Shown here: in pieces, positions 36,313 through 46,710 of the stretch | Layout: the number at the start of each line of letters is the position of its first letter | Numbering within the stretch: position 1 is the stretch's first letter | Origin: Bacteroidales bacterium | Lineage (GTDB): Bacteria > Bacteroidota > Bacteroidia > Bacteroidales > JBGRPZ01 | DNA: 64,000 nucleotides | Direction: 5' to 3' | Assembly (NCBI GenBank): GCA_041725955.1 | Contig: JBGRQE010000001.1 | Coordinates: 47,890 to 111,889 of the forward strand | Notes under the pieces: generated by a model | What the model saw: only the letters and a program-made list of their open reading frames with translations | Told to the model about the DNA's origin: nothing | Database searches by the model: none | Made by a program: the position numbers and the translations under genes

Positions 36313-37659
36313 TTAGACTTGTTCATTTTTGAGCATACGGTAGAGGGTTGATTTACCAATCTGAAGTTTTTTCGACACCAGAAGGACATTTTGATTATAC
36401 TTATCAAGATAATAACGAATTATTTTTTTTTGGTAGCTTGCCAAAGGCATTTCTTCTTCATGTTTTTCTAGGAAATCGGGTGTTTCTGTAAAAGAAATAT
36501 CTTTAGAATCAATTATATTATTATCACTTAAAACTACTGAAAGATCAACAATAGCTTTAAGTTCTCTGATATTTCCAGGAAATTTATAAGAAGACAATTT
36601 TTCCAGAGCTTGATGGCTTAATGTTTTTATTGGTTTTTGATTTTCTTTGCAAAATTCACTACAAAAATATTTAGCAAGAAGAGAGATGTCATTTCTCCGA
36701 TCGCGTAATGGAGGTAAGAAAATGGGCAATCCTAATAAACGATAATATAGATCCTTACGGAAGTTTCCATTTTTAACTTCTTCAATAAGGTTTTTGTTAG
36801 ATGCTATAATAAGTCTGAAATTTGTTTTTATTATTTTGTTGCTTCCAATACGATGAAATTCTTTTTCTTGTAATACTCTTAATAGTTTTACTTGTATATT
36901 AGGAGGGATTTCAGTGATTTCGTCTAGGAAGAGTGTTCCTTTATTTGCTTCCTCAAGTTTCCCTATTCTACGTTTATCCGCACCAGTAAAAGCACCTTTT
37001 TCATGCCCAAACAATTCACTTTCCATCAGAGAGCTTGGGGTCGCACTTAGGTTTATTGCAACAAATGATCGGTTTTGCCTATTCGAATTTCTGTGAATGG
37101 CTTTGGCTACCAACTCTTTTCCTGTTCCTGTTTCTCCTTGAATAGAAATAGAAATATTGGTTTCCGTAGCTTTTTTCATCAATTCAAAAACTCTCTTTAA
37201 GCATGTGCTTTTTCCTTTTATATCTTTTCTGAAATTCTTTATAATGTCCTTTTCTGAATAATATTTATTGTAGTTTATGGATGTATCTTTTTTATTTTGC
37301 TTAATGTTTTCTACAACTTCCCATAGTCGTTGTTTTACATCCTCATCTTTTTCGAAATAATCACATGCCCCTGCCTTTAGAACATTAATAGCAGTAGATA
37401 TTTTTTCTTGTCCCGAAATCATTATAACAGGAGTGAAAATATCTATTGATTTTATTCTCTTTAAAACATCAATTCCTAACATATCGGGTAAGGAGTAATC
37501 CAGAGAAATTAATGATGGATTTAAATGCATATGTTTTAAGCAATCTACGCCCTTGGAGAAGTGATATACTTTGTTTGCTGGATTTTTTTCGAGGAAGTGT
37601 TTTAGCATAGCCCCATAAAAAGAGTTGTCCTCTACGATAAAGATCCTAAATGGCTCCAT
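36313..37659 (-). CDS. sigma-54-dependent response regulator (no adjacent kinase)
   Basis: 448 aa. REC domain (RIFIVEDNS...SLDYSLPDM). AAA+ domain (GETGTGKE, canonical GAFTGA, FLDEITEI). C-terminal HTH (SKKLQIGKSTLYRMLK). Confidence 0.9.
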   Translation of the reverse strand: MEPFRIFIVEDNSFYGAMLKHFLEKNPANKVYHFSKGVDCLKHMHLNPSLISLDYSLPDMLGIDVLKRIKSIDIFTPVIMISGQEKISTAINVLKAGACDYFEKDEDVKQRLWEVVENIKQNKKDTSINYNKYYSEKDIIKNFRKDIKGKSTCLKRVFELMKKATETNISISIQGETGTGKELVAKAIHRNSNRQNRSFVAINLSATPSSLMESELFGHEKGAFTGADKRRIGKLEEANKGTLFLDEITEIPPNIQVKLLRVLQEKEFHRIGSNKIIKTNFRLIIASNKNLIEEVKNGNFRKDLYYRLLGLPIFLPPLRDRRNDISLLAKYFCSEFCKENQKPIKTLSHQALEKLSSYKFPGNIRELKAIVDLSVVLSDNNIIDSKDISFTETPDFLEKHEEEMPLASYQKKIIRYYLDKYNQNVLLVSKKLQIGKSTLYRMLKNEQV

Positions 37660-37872
37660 TCTGTATAGTTCAAATGAATTTTTGGAAATTAATTATTGCA
37701 ATCTTGTCTGTAGATAAAAATACTTTTACGCTTTTTGGTCTTTTATTCTGAACTAATTTACTAAAAGTATTTTCAAAGGGCAAAAAACTGGAAATAATTT
37801 ATTTTCATCATGTTTATTAATCTTTAAATTTGCAGGCGATTTTGGGGTTCATCATGTAAATTTCAATAAATA

Positions 37873-38499
37873 ATGAGTAAGTTATCCTTACCGATTCGGT
37901 ATGTGATGAAGGTGTATCTTTGTGGTATAATAGTTTTTCTTTTGTTCCGTATTGTTTTGTTCTTTAGTAATTTTAATATGTTTTTAAATCTGCCCAATGA
38001 ACGAATAAATTTGTTGTTTAGATCTTTTCTTATGGAATTTCGATTTGATACTGTAATTGCAAATTACATATTATTTTTTCCTTTTATACTTTTAAGTTTC
38101 TCATCTGTTTTTAAGGGAATACAAAAGGCTACATATCGTTTTTTTAATTATTATATCAGTCTTTTGTTTATAGGTTCATTTTTTCTTTGTGCTGCTGATA
38201 TTCCTTATTTTACCCACTTTTTTTCGCGACTAACCACTGCATCAATGGCATGGACTGATAATTTGGGTTTTATGTTTAGTATGGTTTTCCAAGAATTTAA
38301 GTATTGTGGAATGATAATTCCTTTAATTCTTATTTGTTTCTTGTTTGTTCGTCAGTTGATTAAGATTAGAAAAACTGCATTATTAGAACTGGAACAAGAT
38401 CGTGGGATTTCCTTTAAAGGATTTACTTTTCATTTTATTACTTTTTTACTGTTTGGAGGTTTAATGTTTTTGGGTATTCGAGGTAGAATCGAAGAGTAA
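37873..38499 (+). CDS. membrane protein resembling only the N-terminal TM module of LTA-synthase/sulfatase-family enzymes
   Basis: 208 aa, about 5 TM helices. The pattern FRSFLMEFRFDTVIANYILFFPFILL resembles the N-terminal TM domain of LTA synthase family proteins. No sulfatase domain follows. Confidence 0.4.
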   Translation: MSKLSLPIRYVMKVYLCGIIVFLLFRIVLFFSNFNMFLNLPNERINLLFRSFLMEFRFDTVIANYILFFPFILLSFSSVFKGIQKATYRFFNYYISLLFIGSFFLCAADIPYFTHFFSRLTTASMAWTDNLGFMFSMVFQEFKYCGMIIPLILICFLFVRQLIKIRKTALLELEQDRGISFKGFTFHFITFLLFGGLMFLGIRGRIEE

Positions 38500-38574
38500 G
38501 AGATCTAGATTACAATAAAAGTTCATTTTTTATATATATTGCATGCTTAAAAATTAGACTTTAAAATTTAAATC

Positions 38575-40149
38575 GTGAAAGAAAAGTTTTCCAGTCATGT
38601 TGTGGGATTGATTTTAATATCAACCATCATCCGTTTGTTTTTTTCCGCGTTTTTAGAGTTCGGGAATGATGAGGTATATTATTGGACTTATGCTTTGTAT
38701 CCAGATTGGAGTCATTTTGATCATCCTCCTATGATTGGATGGATGATTCAACTTTTTACCGGGAATTTATATTTTGATGGAGAATGGGCGATTCGTTTAC
38801 CCTCTGTAATTTTAGGAGCGGTAAATACATGGGTTTTGTTTTTGATTGGAAAGCGAATCAAGAATGAATTAACTGGTTTTTTCGCTGCCTTTCTTTATAC
38901 CTGCTCAATATATTCATTTTTGTTGGTAGGGGTTTTTATTCTTCCCGATACACCAATGATTTTCTTTATGCTTTTGGCTTTTTATACTTTTTTGAAAGTG
39001 TTTATGTCGGAATCAATAGGTAAGTCTGAAAGACAAGGAATGATATTGGCTGGTGTTCTTACTGGTTTAGGTATGATATCCAAGTATAATGCTGTTTTTG
39101 TTTGGGTTGGAGCAGGATTGTATATACTGCTATTCAGCCGCAAGTGGTTTAAAGAGCTAAGCTTGTATGTTTCAGTAATTATTTCACTTATAATTTTATT
39201 TCCTGTAATTTATTGGAATGATCTGAATAATTGGATAAGTTTTACTTTTCATGGAGAGCGTGTAGATATATTTGAATCGGGCTTAAAATTAGATTATTTT
39301 TTCTCTGAATTGGGGGGAGAAATCTTATATAATAATCCTGTTTATTTCATACTGATAATTTGTGTCTTTGTTGCTTTAATCAGAAAGAAAGATTTACAAC
39401 TCCAAGGGCAATCAATGAGAGTTATATTATTGATGTCTTTGCCCATAATTGGTGTATTTCTATTGTTTTCTTTATTCCGACGTACTTTACCACACTGGAA
39501 TTCGCCAGGATATGTTATTTTAATGCCTCTGGTAGGTGCTTTTCTTGCTGATAAATTTCGTAGAAATTTAAAACCTATTTTATTTCCATGGCCTTTAAAG
39601 ATTGCATCTGGCCTTTTAGTCGTGATTCTGCTTTTGGGAGCATTACAAATCAAAATGGGTGTCCTTGGTTTGGATAAGCAAAGCAATTATTATGAGTTGG
39701 GAGAAGATGATGTTTCTTTAGATATGTATGGCTGGACTCAAATAGAAAGACAATTTGCTGAATATAGACTCGATGCTATTGCAAAAGGAGATATGCCTAA
39801 AGATGCTCCTATTATTTCTTATAAATGGTTTCCTTTAGCAAATTTGGATTACTATGTGGCTCGACCTCTAAAGATGAGAACTTTGGCAATAGGTCAACTG
39901 CAAGATATTCATAAATATGCTTGGATAAATAGAATCAGAGGAGGTTTTTCAGAAGGAATGGATGCATGGTATATTACAACATCAAGAAATTTCAAATCGC
40001 CTGTAGATATTTATAAGCCATACTTTCAGGAAATCAATATTGTAGATACAATTCAAATTTATCGAGGAGGGCAAATAGAGAAACGAGCCTTTGTTTATGA
40101 ATTAAAGGATATGAAAAAAATACCTATTGATGTATTGAAGGCTCTATAA
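38575..40149 (+). CDS. glycosyltransferase family 39 (ArnT/PMT-like) membrane protein
   Basis: 524 aa, multi-TM. First-loop motif GNDEVYYW. GTG start. Confidence 0.8.
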   Translation: MKEKFSSHVVGLILISTIIRLFFSAFLEFGNDEVYYWTYALYPDWSHFDHPPMIGWMIQLFTGNLYFDGEWAIRLPSVILGAVNTWVLFLIGKRIKNELTGFFAAFLYTCSIYSFLLVGVFILPDTPMIFFMLLAFYTFLKVFMSESIGKSERQGMILAGVLTGLGMISKYNAVFVWVGAGLYILLFSRKWFKELSLYVSVIISLIILFPVIYWNDLNNWISFTFHGERVDIFESGLKLDYFFSELGGEILYNNPVYFILIICVFVALIRKKDLQLQGQSMRVILLMSLPIIGVFLLFSLFRRTLPHWNSPGYVILMPLVGAFLADKFRRNLKPILFPWPLKIASGLLVVILLLGALQIKMGVLGLDKQSNYYELGEDDVSLDMYGWTQIERQFAEYRLDAIAKGDMPKDAPIISYKWFPLANLDYYVARPLKMRTLAIGQLQDIHKYAWINRIRGGFSEGMDAWYITTSRNFKSPVDIYKPYFQEINIVDTIQIYRGGQIEKRAFVYELKDMKKIPIDVLKAL

Positions 40150-40172
40150 TTGCATTTCAATATATAATAAGG

Positions 40173-40207
40173 AAAAGGCTGTCTAAAAGTGAGTTAGACA
40201 GCCTTTT
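40173..40207. terminator. bidirectional terminator between convergent genes
   Basis: AAAAGGCTGTCTAA-AAGTGAG-TTAGACAGCCTTTT. Confidence 0.8.
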
Positions 40208-40231
40208 GTATTATATTAAAGCTATATTAGC

Positions 40232-41518
40232 TTATACATTTCTGCCGAAACGTTCAAAAGCAGATCTTTCAAGATCTTCTCTATGATCAGGATGTGCAAT
40301 GTTTATCATTGCTCTTGCTCTTTGTTGTAGGTTTTTGCCGTATAAGTCAGCAATACCAAACTCTGTAACTACATAATGCACATTTGCTCTTGTAGTTACT
40401 ACACCCGCACCAAGCTTAAGGGTTGGGCATATTTTTGTTAATGCACCAGCTTTTGCTGTTGCATGAAGAGCAATAATTGGACGGCCACCCTCAGAATAGC
40501 CTGCTCCACGGATAAAGTCAATCTGACCACCAACGCCAGAGTAGTGTTTTGTTCCGATAGAATCAGCACAAACCTGTCCGGTGATATCTACTTCTAGAGC
40601 AGAGTTAATTGCACAAACCTTTGGATTTTGACGGATTACATTAACAGCATTAACATAAGCAACATCCATCATTGCTACTCCTGGGTTATCATCTACAAAG
40701 TCGTAGGTTTTGCGAGTACCCATAAGGAAACTAGCAACAGATCTACCTCTATCTAATTTCTTTTGGCTGTTATCTACAATTCCTTTCTCAATCAATGGAA
40801 TTAAACCATCAGAGAACATTTCTGTATGAACACCCAAGTGTTTATGATTGGTTAGAGCAGCCAATACAGCATTTGGAATCGCTCCGATACCCATTTGAAG
40901 GGTTGCTCCATCATCAACAAGACTCGCGCAGAACTGTCCGATCTTCATATCTGTCTCAGAAGGTTCTGGGAAGCTTGCCTCAATAATTGGCTGATCGTTA
41001 TCAACAAAGGTGTCGATTTCTCTGATATGAATCATTGCATCACCAAAAGTTCTTGGAACTTTAGGGTTAATTACAGCGATAACATGTTTTGCTTCTTGAA
41101 CTGCAGCTAAGGTACAATCAACAGAAGTACCTAAAGATACATATCCATGACTATCAGGAGCACTAACCTGAATCATTGCAACATCTACAGGAAGAATTCC
41201 TTCACGGATTAATTTTGGAGTTTCACTTAAGAAAACAGGAATGTAATCAGCACGTCCTTCTTGAGTTGCTTTTCTTACATTATGCCCCACAAAGTAAGAA
41301 TCAAGATGGAAAATACCCTCATATTGAGGTTCGGTATAAGGAGCTGGTCCTTCAGTATGAATATGTAGAATATTTACCCCTTTTAATTCATCAGCTCTTG
41401 CTACCATTGCATTTACTAAAATATGCGGTGTTAGCGCAACGCTGTGAAGAAAAACTCTGTCGCCCGACTTAATTACTTTTACTGCTTCTTCAGGAGAAAC
41501 ACTTTTATACATAGCCAT
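40232..41518 (-). CDS. acetyl-CoA hydrolase/transferase family protein (4-hydroxybutyrate/succinate CoA-transferase-like)
   Basis: 428 aa. The N-terminal (KSGDRVFLHSVALTPHILVNAM) and C-terminal (GVGGQIDFIRGA) patterns are typical of the family. Confidence 0.85.
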   Translation of the reverse strand: MAMYKSVSPEEAVKVIKSGDRVFLHSVALTPHILVNAMVARADELKGVNILHIHTEGPAPYTEPQYEGIFHLDSYFVGHNVRKATQEGRADYIPVFLSETPKLIREGILPVDVAMIQVSAPDSHGYVSLGTSVDCTLAAVQEAKHVIAVINPKVPRTFGDAMIHIREIDTFVDNDQPIIEASFPEPSETDMKIGQFCASLVDDGATLQMGIGAIPNAVLAALTNHKHLGVHTEMFSDGLIPLIEKGIVDNSQKKLDRGRSVASFLMGTRKTYDFVDDNPGVAMMDVAYVNAVNVIRQNPKVCAINSALEVDITGQVCADSIGTKHYSGVGGQIDFIRGAGYSEGGRPIIALHATAKAGALTKICPTLKLGAGVVTTRANVHYVVTEFGIADLYGKNLQQRARAMINIAHPDHREDLERSAFERFGRNV

Positions 41519-41687
41519 AATACAGCTTATTTTACAGTGATTATATTGTTATTTTTTTCACAAACAAATTAAGTACATTTTTATTGTCCTACTATTAATT
41601 TAAACAGATAGTAGCATTGTATCGTATATACTAATTTGTTTAATAGTTGCTTAAGGCCTGAATTTAATTAAATTCTAAATAAAGAAT

Positions 41688-42164
41688 TTATTTTTTTCGT
41701 ACCAATTTTACCCCAGTTTTAACAAATCCAAGGTTGTTGTACTTGCTTGTTCTGTTTTCAATTTTAATACTTAGGTCTCCTTTTTTTGTAATTTTAAAAT
41801 CCTTCCTTAATGGATATTCGTAGTGAGAGATACTATTTTCTTCTGTTATTTTTACTTTTGTACCTGGATTTTTAAAGCTGAAATTATATGTATTTACTCT
41901 GCGTGTATCGTCAGGAGTATATAATACAGCATTAAAACGAATATCATCAGGGACAAGTTCTACTTTTTTGTTAATATCGCAGAAGAAGTATATATCATAC
42001 AAGCTTTTAGTATCTTCGATTTTATAGTTGAATTTTGGTGTGTTAAATCGAATCCAATTTTCGTTATCAAAAGAAATTGATTGAATTTCAATTTGATTTT
42101 TCTGTTCACAAGAAACACAAAGAAAAAAGCAAACGATTGCTGCAATATTTAGAAATTTACCCAT
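41688..42164 (-). CDS. small lipoprotein, unknown function (size and context recall GldH, not verified)
   Basis: 158 aa with lipobox FLCVSC (Cys19). The GldH resemblance rests only on length and the lipoprotein signal. Confidence 0.45.
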   Translation of the reverse strand: MGKFLNIAAIVCFFLCVSCEQKNQIEIQSISFDNENWIRFNTPKFNYKIEDTKSLYDIYFFCDINKKVELVPDDIRFNAVLYTPDDTRRVNTYNFSFKNPGTKVKITEENSISHYEYPLRKDFKITKKGDLSIKIENRTSKYNNLGFVKTGVKLVRKK

Positions 42165-42186
42165 AATTTATAATTTTGAAAAAAAC

Positions 42187-42819
42187 ATGGCAAAGATAAA
42201 ATTTTATGTTGTCTGGAATGGCGTAAAACCAGGTATTTATAATAATTGGCAAGAGTGCCAAGCTCAAATCAAAGGTTTTGCTGGTGCAAAGTATAAGTCT
42301 TTTTCTTCTGCTGAAGAAGCGAATCGTGCTTTTGACATAGGCTACAGCGAATCTATGCAGCAAGTGAAGTCAGGAAAATTGGGTAAGGGTAAAAAGAATA
42401 TTAATGATGTTCCATGTGTTTTACCTTCTATATCTGTAGATGCTGCTTGTTCAGGAAATCCAGGGAAAATGGAATATCAGGGTGTTTGGACTGCTACTGG
42501 AGAAAGAATTTTTTATCAAGGACCATTTATGCCTGGAACCAATAATATTGGAGAATTTCTGGCTTTGGTTCATGGCTTGGCATTATGTAAGCAAAAGAAT
42601 TTAAATTATCCTATATATTCCGACTCTCGTACGGCCATTAGTTGGGTGAAGAATAAGAATATAAAAACTACACTACCTAGAAATGCTAAAACTCAAAAGT
42701 TGTTTGATTTGGTAGACCGAGCTATCTATTGGCTGAAAAATAATGATTATTCAACTCAAATATTAAAGTGGGATACCGAAAATTGGGGGGAAATACCTGC
42801 TGATTTTGGAAGGAAATAA
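42187..42819 (+). CDS. rnhA: ribonuclease HI with N-terminal hybrid-binding (RNase H1 / viroplasmin-like) domain
   Basis: 210 aa. N-terminal domain KFYVVWNGVKPGIYNNWQECQAQIKGFAGAKYKSFSSAEEANRAF. C-terminal RNase H fold (SVDAACSGNPG...NNIGEFLALVHGL...IYSDSRTAISW). Confidence 0.85.
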   Translation: MAKIKFYVVWNGVKPGIYNNWQECQAQIKGFAGAKYKSFSSAEEANRAFDIGYSESMQQVKSGKLGKGKKNINDVPCVLPSISVDAACSGNPGKMEYQGVWTATGERIFYQGPFMPGTNNIGEFLALVHGLALCKQKNLNYPIYSDSRTAISWVKNKNIKTTLPRNAKTQKLFDLVDRAIYWLKNNDYSTQILKWDTENWGEIPADFGRK

Positions 42820-42944
42820 AATATTCAGGGCCGGGCTAGGAAGTGTAAAACACTTCCTAAACTTTCTTATGATCACTACTTTTTTCCGGCTTCTGACTCT
42901 TTGGCTCATAAGAAGGAGAAGTTCACAAAAGTGAGAGAATCTCC

Positions 42945-43928
42945 TCAGTAGTCTCTTGATCGGAGTTTTTCTGCAAACTCTCTGAGATATATCTTTTTGT
43001 TTTCCTCAATATTTATTTTATCGAGCGAATCCATTGCTTTCTGATAATATTGGTTGATTTCTTGATTTACAATTTCTTTAATATTTAGATCATTGTAAAT
43101 GTTTGTCACCTCTTTAACTTTAATTTCATCCTCATGTTGCATTTCTGGGTTGAAATAATTTTTTAGAGAGGCACATTGTTTTCCAGAAGCTAGTTCAAGG
43201 GCTTTTAGGCAAAGGAATGTTTTTTTATTGGTTACAATATCATTTCCGTTTACTTTACCAAACTTACTTTCATCTGAATAAACATCCAAGAGATCATCTT
43301 TCAATTGAAATGCTAATCCGATATTAATTCCATAGCTGTATATGAAATCTGCATCATCTTTACTGGCATCAGCTAAAATAGCACCTGTTTTCAATGAAGC
43401 AGCAACCAGTACAGCTGTTTTTAGACGTATCATTTCGATATAATCGTTGATACATACCTGATCTTGATTTTCAAAATCCATATCATATTGTTGTCCTTCA
43501 CAAACTTCAATAGCGGTTTGTGAAAACAATTCTAAAGAATCCTTTAATCGGGATGAGTCTGTTTTTAGTGCAGTCTGGAATGCTTTTGCAAATAGGGCAT
43601 CTCCTGAAAGGATAGCGATATCGCTATTCCATTTTCTGTAAACAGTAGGTTTCCCTCTTCGAATAGGGGCTTTATCCATTATATCGTCATGAATAAGGGT
43701 AAAGTTATGAAACATCTCAAGGGCTACAGCAGGATAAAGGGCTGTTTTGTAGTTGCCATCAAACATTTCACATGCAATTAAGGCTAAAACTGGTCTTAAT
43801 CGTTTACCGCCTTGATTCAAAGTGTATTCAATAGGAGAATATAATAATTCTGGCTCCTGAACTTTTGAAATCTCACAAAGAATTTCAGTGAGTTCTTTTC
43901 TAAGAAAATCGATATCGTGCATTTCCAA
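42945..43928 (-). CDS. polyprenyl diphosphate synthase (short/medium-chain, GGPP/FPP synthase-like)
   Basis: 327 aa with Asp-rich motifs LIHDDIMD and KDDLLD. Confidence 0.85.
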   Translation of the reverse strand: MEMHDIDFLRKELTEILCEISKVQEPELLYSPIEYTLNQGGKRLRPVLALIACEMFDGNYKTALYPAVALEMFHNFTLIHDDIMDKAPIRRGKPTVYRKWNSDIAILSGDALFAKAFQTALKTDSSRLKDSLELFSQTAIEVCEGQQYDMDFENQDQVCINDYIEMIRLKTAVLVAASLKTGAILADASKDDADFIYSYGINIGLAFQLKDDLLDVYSDESKFGKVNGNDIVTNKKTFLCLKALELASGKQCASLKNYFNPEMQHEDEIKVKEVTNIYNDLNIKEIVNQEINQYYQKAMDSLDKINIEENKKIYLREFAEKLRSRDY

Positions 43929-44031
43929 AAAATATAATTATGGACTTTCTCAACTGAAGTTAGCTTTCAGTTTCGAAAGTGCAAACCTAGTGGTAAAGTA
44001 TGGTTTTTGCAAACCAAGAAAAATAATTCGT

Positions 44032-45003
44032 TTATTTATTTCTCTCGGCAGTATATTTTACAAGTGTTTCAAGAGAATTTCTTGATTTAGAATCAGGGAA
44101 TTCTTTTAGAATATCCAATGCTTTATTTAAATATTCATACATCTTATCATTGGCATATTTAATACCACCACTTTGATTTACTTCTTTAATTACTTCCATA
44201 ACTTTCTCTTCATTATCATTATGCTTTTTAATGGTTTTGATAATCCTTTTTCTTGTATCGGAAGAAGAGTTGTTTAGCATATGGATAAGAGGAAGTGTCA
44301 TTTTCTGTTCCTTTATATCAATGCCAGAGGGTTTGCCTGTTTTATTGACTACCTGATAATCGAATAAGTCGTCTTTTATCTGAAAGGCAATGCCTACATA
44401 TTCGCCAAAAAGACGCATTTTTTCAATTGTTTCTTTATTTGCTTCTACCGAAGCTGCACCAACAGCACAACAAGAGGCAATTAGCGAAGCTGTTTTTTGT
44501 CGGATAATATCAAAGTAGATATCTTCTTTGATATCCAATTTTCTTGCTTTTTCTATTTGTAGCAATTCGCCTTCACTCATTTCACGTACTGCTGTTGAGA
44601 CAATTTTTAATAAGTGAGTTTCATCATTGTCAATTGAAAGAAGAAGGCCACGAGAAAGTAGGTAATCGCCTAAAAGTACAGCGATTTTGTTTTTCCATAA
44701 TGCCTTGATAGAGAATACGCCTCTGCGAAAGTTAGAATCATCAACAACGTCGTCGTGAACTAGAGTGGCAGTGTGCAATAATTCGATTAATGTGGCAGCT
44801 CTATAGGTAGAAGGATTTATAGATCCACAAATGTCGGCGATAAAAAAGACGAACATTGGACGCATTTGTTTCCCTTTTCTTTTTACCAAGTATTTAGTGA
44901 TAACATTCATAAGGGGAACATTACTTTGCATTGAGGCAGAGAAGATCTTATCAAACTCGGCAAAATGATGTTTGAGGTGTGTTTTAAGTTCTTTTAATAA
45001 CAT
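44032..45003 (-). CDS. polyprenyl diphosphate synthase (long-chain, IspB-like)
   Basis: 323 aa with Asp-rich motifs LVHDDVVDD and KDDLFD. Confidence 0.85.
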   Translation of the reverse strand: MLLKELKTHLKHHFAEFDKIFSASMQSNVPLMNVITKYLVKRKGKQMRPMFVFFIADICGSINPSTYRAATLIELLHTATLVHDDVVDDSNFRRGVFSIKALWKNKIAVLLGDYLLSRGLLLSIDNDETHLLKIVSTAVREMSEGELLQIEKARKLDIKEDIYFDIIRQKTASLIASCCAVGAASVEANKETIEKMRLFGEYVGIAFQIKDDLFDYQVVNKTGKPSGIDIKEQKMTLPLIHMLNNSSSDTRKRIIKTIKKHNDNEEKVMEVIKEVNQSGGIKYANDKMYEYLNKALDILKEFPDSKSRNSLETLVKYTAERNK

Positions 45004-45138
45004 GCGATATTAATGAAATTACCAAAAAGTGCTTTATAAATAACAATAATTCGAATAAAGAGTTTTTTCTTTGTGAAGTAAAGAAGAAAAGCCCAAATAA
45101 TTGTACAATAAAGTAAATAAACAGCAAATAATATAGAA

Positions 45139-45921
45139 ATGGGTGGAATTTTGTTTAATGAAATTGTTTTTGGACCAATAAAAAGTAGAAGATTGGGGAT
45201 ATCTTTAGGGATAAATCTTTTACCAACGGATTCAAAATATTGTACGTTTAATTGCGTATATTGTGAGTGTGGATGGAACAGAAAGGCTGAAGGAAAGCCT
45301 ATTCTACCTACGCGAAAGCAGGTTGCTGAAGCATTAGAGAATAAGCTAAGCTTATATGCGGATGTGGCCGATGAAGAGAAACCAAATTCAATAACTTATG
45401 CTGGAAATGGTGAGCCAACAATACATCCAGAGTTTTCGGGTATTGTAGAAGATACGGTGCGTTTGCGTAATAAATATCTGCCAGAGGCAAAAATTACCGT
45501 TCTTTCAAATGCTACTTTAATTAAACGTGAAGAGATATTTGATGCATTGAGTATGGTGGATAATAATGTTCTGAAGCTTGATGCAGGAACCGAGGAAATG
45601 TGTAGAAGAATCAACCAACCTGGAGATTCTTTTGACTTTAATAGAATGCTTTTCTTATTAAAGAAGTTTCATGGAAATTGTATTGTTCAAACATTATTCC
45701 TTAAGGGTAGTTATAATGGTCGTGAGATTGATAATACTACTGATGAGGAAGTTGAATTATGGTTAGAACTACTGAAAGAGATAAAACCTAAATCGGTAAT
45801 GATTTATCCTATTGATCGGGAAACTCCTGCTCATGACCTTGAGAAAATTGACCAAGCCACTTTGGAAGCTATTGCCAAAAGAGTGGAAAGTTTAGGTATA
45901 AAAGCTCTGGTTTACGCTTGA
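45139..45921 (+). CDS. radical SAM protein
   Basis: 260 aa with a CxxxCxxC cluster (CTFNCVYC). Confidence 0.75.
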   Translation: MGGILFNEIVFGPIKSRRLGISLGINLLPTDSKYCTFNCVYCECGWNRKAEGKPILPTRKQVAEALENKLSLYADVADEEKPNSITYAGNGEPTIHPEFSGIVEDTVRLRNKYLPEAKITVLSNATLIKREEIFDALSMVDNNVLKLDAGTEEMCRRINQPGDSFDFNRMLFLLKKFHGNCIVQTLFLKGSYNGREIDNTTDEEVELWLELLKEIKPKSVMIYPIDRETPAHDLEKIDQATLEAIAKRVESLGIKALVYA

Positions 45922-46002
45922 TTTTTAAAGCTTAAAAGTCGTAGTACTGAATAAGTGCATAGTTTATTTTTGTATATTTATCATCTAAAATAATAACAAA
46001 AT

Positions 46003-46710
46003 ATGAAAAGAATTCTCTCCCTATTCATAGGACTACTAATACTAAGTTCTTCTTATGCTCAGCAAGATAATGTGCTAAAAGATACCAAAAAGAAGTTTAG
46101 TATAGGAGTTGATGTTTTTACTGATTTATGGCAAATTTCTGGCGATCCTGGAGTTGTTACTCCTACTGCCAGAGCTATTAATCAAGGAGCTAATGTTTTT
46201 GGAATGTATACTAAACCTCTAGGCAAAAGTAATTTTAGTTTTGCTATAGGTTTGGGTTTAGGAATGCATAACCTTTATTCTGATTCAAGAATTCAGGATG
46301 TTAATGCCGATGTAATTAAATTCGAAAAGATTCCTGAAGGAGTTAGTTATAGTCGCAGCAAAATCTCATTGACTTATTTAGATGCGCCATTTGAAATTCG
46401 TTTTCTAACTAAAGGCGATTTTAGAATTTCTGCAGGATTTAAAGTGGGATTGAAGATCAATTCACACGATAAATATAAAGGCGATTCGTATTCTTATGAC
46501 AAAGACAATAAATTAGTAACAGGAGCTTCTGTTGTAGAAAAAAGAAGAGATATTAATAACATTGAGCCTTGGCGCTATGGTGCTACTTTCCGTATAGGTT
46601 ACAAATGGGCAACTTTATTCGGATACTATCAATTATCTGATACTTTTAGAGGGAATAAAGGCCCTAAGATTGCACCTATTTCTGTTGGTATTTCTTTTGT
46701 ATCCTTCTAA
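46003..46710 (+). CDS. small outer-membrane beta-barrel (porin-family) protein
   Basis: 235 aa. Signal peptide (LLILSSSYAQQ), alternating amphipathic strands, aromatic C-terminal residue (…FVSF). Confidence 0.65.
   Translation: MKRILSLFIGLLILSSSYAQQDNVLKDTKKKFSIGVDVFTDLWQISGDPGVVTPTARAINQGANVFGMYTKPLGKSNFSFAIGLGLGMHNLYSDSRIQDVNADVIKFEKIPEGVSYSRSKISLTYLDAPFEIRFLTKGDFRISAGFKVGLKINSHDKYKGDSYSYDKDNKLVTGASVVEKRRDINNIEPWRYGATFRIGYKWATLFGYYQLSDTFRGNKGPKIAPISVGISFVSF

Noticed and set aside
38500-38512. AGATCTAGA (overlapping BglII/XbaI sites) just after the truncated gene, as a possible engineering scar
   Set aside because: It is a single 9-bp palindrome with no other cloning-site signature. This fits chance occurrence.
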